From Iphione sp. A-MEVVRFRX5 (Eukaryota): a stretch of 64,000 nt of DNA. A model generated the notes under the pieces. That model ran no database searches and had not been told where the DNA came from. It saw only the letters and a program-made list of their open reading frames with translations. The stretch covers positions 74,090,001-74,154,000 of the forward strand of contig OZ320321.1 of the NCBI GenBank assembly GCA_976226885.1, read 5' to 3'. Positions 60,169 through 64,000 of this stretch are shown piece by piece. A program made the position numbers and the translations under genes. The first letter of the stretch is position 1. Each line of letters starts with the position of its first letter.

Positions 60169-62006
60169 CCTTGGGAGTGGACCAATAACACGGAACATAA
60201 GTGTAAGTAGCATCTGCAGGGTGGTCATCGGCAGAGATGACATCGACCAAGCAAAACAGCATGGCCCCTATGTGGCCACATGCTTGGCAGTACCTGAAAT
60301 ATATCATTGCAAATATGTTTTATACCTTGAAGACTATTTCACTTTACAAATGAAACAGATAGTCTACTTCTATAAGAGTGAATCAAATCCCAAGAGACAG
60401 ACCTAAAAATTTATTCATATGTTTAGTGTAGAATACATAAGTAATATATCCATCACCATGTCCTTCAACAAGGCAATGCTCCATCCTTGTTTACAGGTAT
60501 TCTGTCAGAAGACATTAACTGTCATTTTTAGTGGGAGCCATAGCAGTAATCATATGAAAGGAATAGTGCATACAGGAGTACTTTACAAACTTCAATAAAG
60601 CCATATTATATACAGTAAGTCACTACACATTTAGGTTGCAAGAAAAGCAGTTAAGTGAGGGAAAGCTGGGCCATGAATGTAGTCAGGAACCTACCACATT
60701 CATACCAATACAAGTGAAGCTGGGTATAAAGCCCACATTGCCCATATAAAAGCAGATGTGTACAAGTGTGTTAAGGATCAAGACAGTAGTAGGAAGGAAA
60801 GTATATTGTGCAGCTAAAAGCAAATAAAGCATTAAAAAAAAGTACATAACTACTTCGCCATTCACCCTTTATACTTACATATTTCACTTGGAATAACTGG
60901 AAATGACAGTGGCACAGTTAGTCATGTAACACTTAATATCTTTCATCTTTTTTGTAATCGCTTTCTATATATATATATATATCTACATATAGATTACAAG
61001 TTAAATTAGAATTTGATATTAACACCTACAAGTAATACACATTAAGATAATTTGAGACAGCACAACTAAGAAAAATACCAAAAACTCACCCTGCAGTGCA
61101 TGTGCAGTAGCCTCCATATGGTATCCCTGTCACCTTGTCCAGGATGGCATACATTGACTTAACATCAGCTGCATTGGTAGACAGGGAGGGGTTGCATCGG
61201 GCCTTCACCAGGCAGAAGGTTGGTGATTCTTCCAGTGCATTGAACACCAAGGAGAGAACCATCAGTTTCTAATGGTACGGCCGTGTCAACCTATACTTCC
61301 GGCAGAAGCTTCCGTGATCACTGCTGTGTCAAGCAGATACCTGTAATAGTGTACGCAATTTTAAAACAGGATATAATTATATTTAAATATATCTGACCCT
61401 GTACTCCACCAAGAGGAACTATACTACCCATCAATTCATTAGTCTACATCAATGTATACTACCCATCAATTCATTAGTCTACATCAATGTATATCCAATA
61501 TTATGAAATGTAGGGATTGTACACGTCAGCTACATTTCAAAACTAACATCTGTGCTACAAAAGAGGATTATAAGGGTTGGCAATGCTACTGACATAACAA
61601 ATGTAAATGATTTAATTTGACCCAAAGTGTAGTCACCAATTTACTGACACCATTCAATTCACTGTATAGAAGAGAGGCAACATTACATACTGCTTCACAT
61701 AAGTCTCTTCCACCACAGGACATCCGTCAAGACTCTTTGTCCAACCCGGAAGTGACTCAACATACGCTGGCTTGAGTCGCATGAACTCCAGGGTTTGTTG
61801 GGTAATCAGACCAGAGTCTCTCTCACGAGGAGTAAAGCTGCTGGTATTGGACCACAAGTGGACAAACCGAGTCGCTGGCAAAGCAAGCAAATCTTTGCCA
61901 ACTTCCCATGAAGCAACCCGATGCCATACTCAATGCATCGCTTGTTCAGCTCAGCATTGCTAAGAGCAGCAACATCAGAATATGATTGCAGCATGCGCAT
62001 GATGAT
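60169..62006 (-). pseudogene. Three-exon SWIM zinc-finger pseudogene (exons 61691-62006, 61090-61340, 60169-60293)
   Basis: GT-AG junctions join WTKSLDGCP..VKQ|YLL.. and ..GGYCTCTAG|YCQACGHIGAMLF..PCYW, a CxC-x7-CxH SWIM pattern; frameshifts and one stop. Confidence 0.75.
61421..61492. repeat. 35-bp direct tandem duplication
   Basis: ATACTACCCATCAATTCATTAGTCTACATCAATGT occurs twice. Confidence 0.85.
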
Positions 62007-62102
62007 CTGAAAATACATGAAATAAATAAGAAACAAATTAGAAAAACATCCACTATGTATGCCTCATGTCATAGAGATAATATGTCAGTTGACATATGAT
62101 GA

Positions 62103-63160
62103 GGGCCCCTAATCATGCATTTCAGTACATAAAAAATAGAAATAAATGTCCTACCTTCACTAAACTACATAGGAACCTTCTTTCCTATCCCCTCAACCTA
62201 CCCACTACCTACCCTTGTCAACTGAGTCGTTTTGTGTCAGTGAGATGCTAGGTGACATTTGGTGTAGGACCCTACTCATATAGTTTAGTGCATAAAAAAT
62301 ATAAATAAATGTCCTACCTTTACTAAACTACATAGAAACCTTCTCTCCTATCCCCTCAATCTACCCACTACCTAACCTTGTCAACCAGTAGTTTAAAACC
62401 AGCGAGATCCTAGGTGACATTTGGTGTGGGGCCCTACTGATGTAGTTTAGTACATAAAAAATATAAATAAATCCCCTACCTGTACCAGAATACACAGACA
62501 ACTTCTCTCCTATCCCCTCAACCTACCCACTACCTAACCTTCTCAACCGAGTCACTTTATATCAGAGAGATCCTAGGGGATATTTGGTGTGGGGCCCTAC
62601 TCATGCATTTCAGTACATAAAAAATATAAATAAATCCCCTACCTGTACCAGAATACACAGAGAACTTCTCTCCTATCCCCTCAACCTACCCACTACCTAA
62701 CCTTCTCAACCAGTAGTTTAAAACCAGGGAGATCCTAGGTGACATTTGGTGTGGGGCCCTACTCATGCATTTCAGTACATGAAAAATATAAATAAATCCC
62801 CTACCTGTACCAGAATACACAGACAACTTCTCTCCTATCCCCTCATCCTACCCACTACCTAACCTGTCAACCGAGTCATTTTATATCAGTGAGATCCTAG
62901 GTGACATTTGGTGTGGGCCCCTACTCATGCATTTCATTACCTAATAAATATAAATAAATGTCCTACCTTCACTAAACTCCATAGGAACATTCTTTCCAAT
63001 CCCCTCAACCTATCCACTACCTACCCTTGTCAACTGAGTCATTTTATATCAGAGAGATCCTAGGGGACATTTGGTGTGGGGCCCTACTCCTGCATTTCAG
63101 CACATAAAAAATAAAAATAAATTCCCTACCTGCATCAAACTACCAAAAAACCTTCTTTCC
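62103..63160. repeat. About 6.5 x 162-163-bp satellite-like array
   Basis: GG(G/A)CCCTA(C/A)T landmark at about 62103, 62266, 62428, 62591, 62753, 62915 and 63078. Confidence 0.92.
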
Positions 63161-64000
63161 TATCTCCTCTTCCTACCTAAGATCTATATGTCTTAAATAG
63201 ATTGGCAAAGGACTACATAAAGGAAACACTGAAGATAAACATAACATCTGATTTCATCAGACCTTAGTGCATTAGAAATAAATAATATCAAATCACTTAT
63301 TTCTTGTCTGTGGTTGAAGGAGGAGATCTAATATTGTAGGAAACCTACACAGACAGTCCTTTGCATTAAACATTAGGCACTGACAAACCTCTCTTTATGG
63401 AAAAATAACATATTTCTTCTATCTGGATATATAGAGAATACAGATCACACTCTAATTTGACTATCTGACACTATATATAATATCTCTTACCCCTGATTTA
63501 AAGGAAGTTTGCTTTTATCCAACACAAATAATTCCTAGGTTAGCCTTAGAGGCTAGGGCTGCACACATGACTGACAACTTTCCCTGTTTTTCTCTAAATT
63601 TCTACAGAATTACAGCAAACAAATGGACACACAAGTTCATCTTAACATAAAGATACTTACCTGTAGCAATCAAACTGTTTCCTGACAGTAATTTTCCTTA
63701 GATCCTTCCTTGAAGTGGACAAGGTGACTAGACTGCTCTGTATTTTGCTCCAAAACAAAGTAGATCCTTTTAGACTGGTACCCTGACCTTGACATCTGGT
63801 GTCTCATGGAATGTTTCCCCCACTGAAACGAACTTTCAAGTACCTACTGTTTAGCTGTACCCGCACTGCACATGTGGTGTTACTCCATGGCTCCTGGGTG
63901 GTGGTGTTTCACTTAATGTTCATCCCTAACATGTTACCCAGTGGTACTGGTACACTACAGTTCCTAACGTTAATTGTTTTGTTATGTCATCAGACCCTCG

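Noticed and set aside
63580-64000. Possible minus-strand exon ending at a GTAAGT donor near 63660
   Set aside because: Stops occur in the frames I checked, there are no motifs, and the window edge prevents evaluation.

Overview
Eukaryotic (metazoan, probably invertebrate) DNA that is almost entirely nested, mostly decayed transposable elements. I see no rRNA, tRNA, CRISPR array or intact housekeeping gene. Left to right: a decayed DIRS1-type tyrosine-recombinase (YR) retrotransposon; two long I-group non-LTR elements (CCHC ORF1; APE-RT-RNase H-CCHC ORF2; very long repeat-rich UTRs) nested among short LINE 3' fragments and a CR1-like relic; a 2.16-kb tandem duplication (Polinton-like polB N-terminal relic plus a spliced PHD-finger gene, probably MULE-borne) whose second copy alone received an L2/CR1-like LINE and a DUF3504/Crypton-type YR element; several CR1-like LINEs; a Ngaro-type element; a second, rearranged DIRS1; a spliced SWIM-finger pseudogene; and minisatellites. 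Best candidates for new biology: (1) a CR1-like LINE whose ORF1p ends in a NADAR (YbiA-like) domain and is followed by a separate SGNH-hydrolase ORF and then APE-RT; (2) three LINE insertions with different tails at the same target motif T(G/A)TC(A/C)GTGTGT; (3) a covarying ~200-nt structured RNA module repeated in a LINE 3' UTR; (4) near-identical 232-bp 5' UTR monomers on two LINEs with strongly diverged ORFs; (5) a strong minus-strand bias of nearly all inserts, as in a unistrand piRNA cluster. All domain calls are by motif recognition only; no database searches were run, and many boundaries are approximate.
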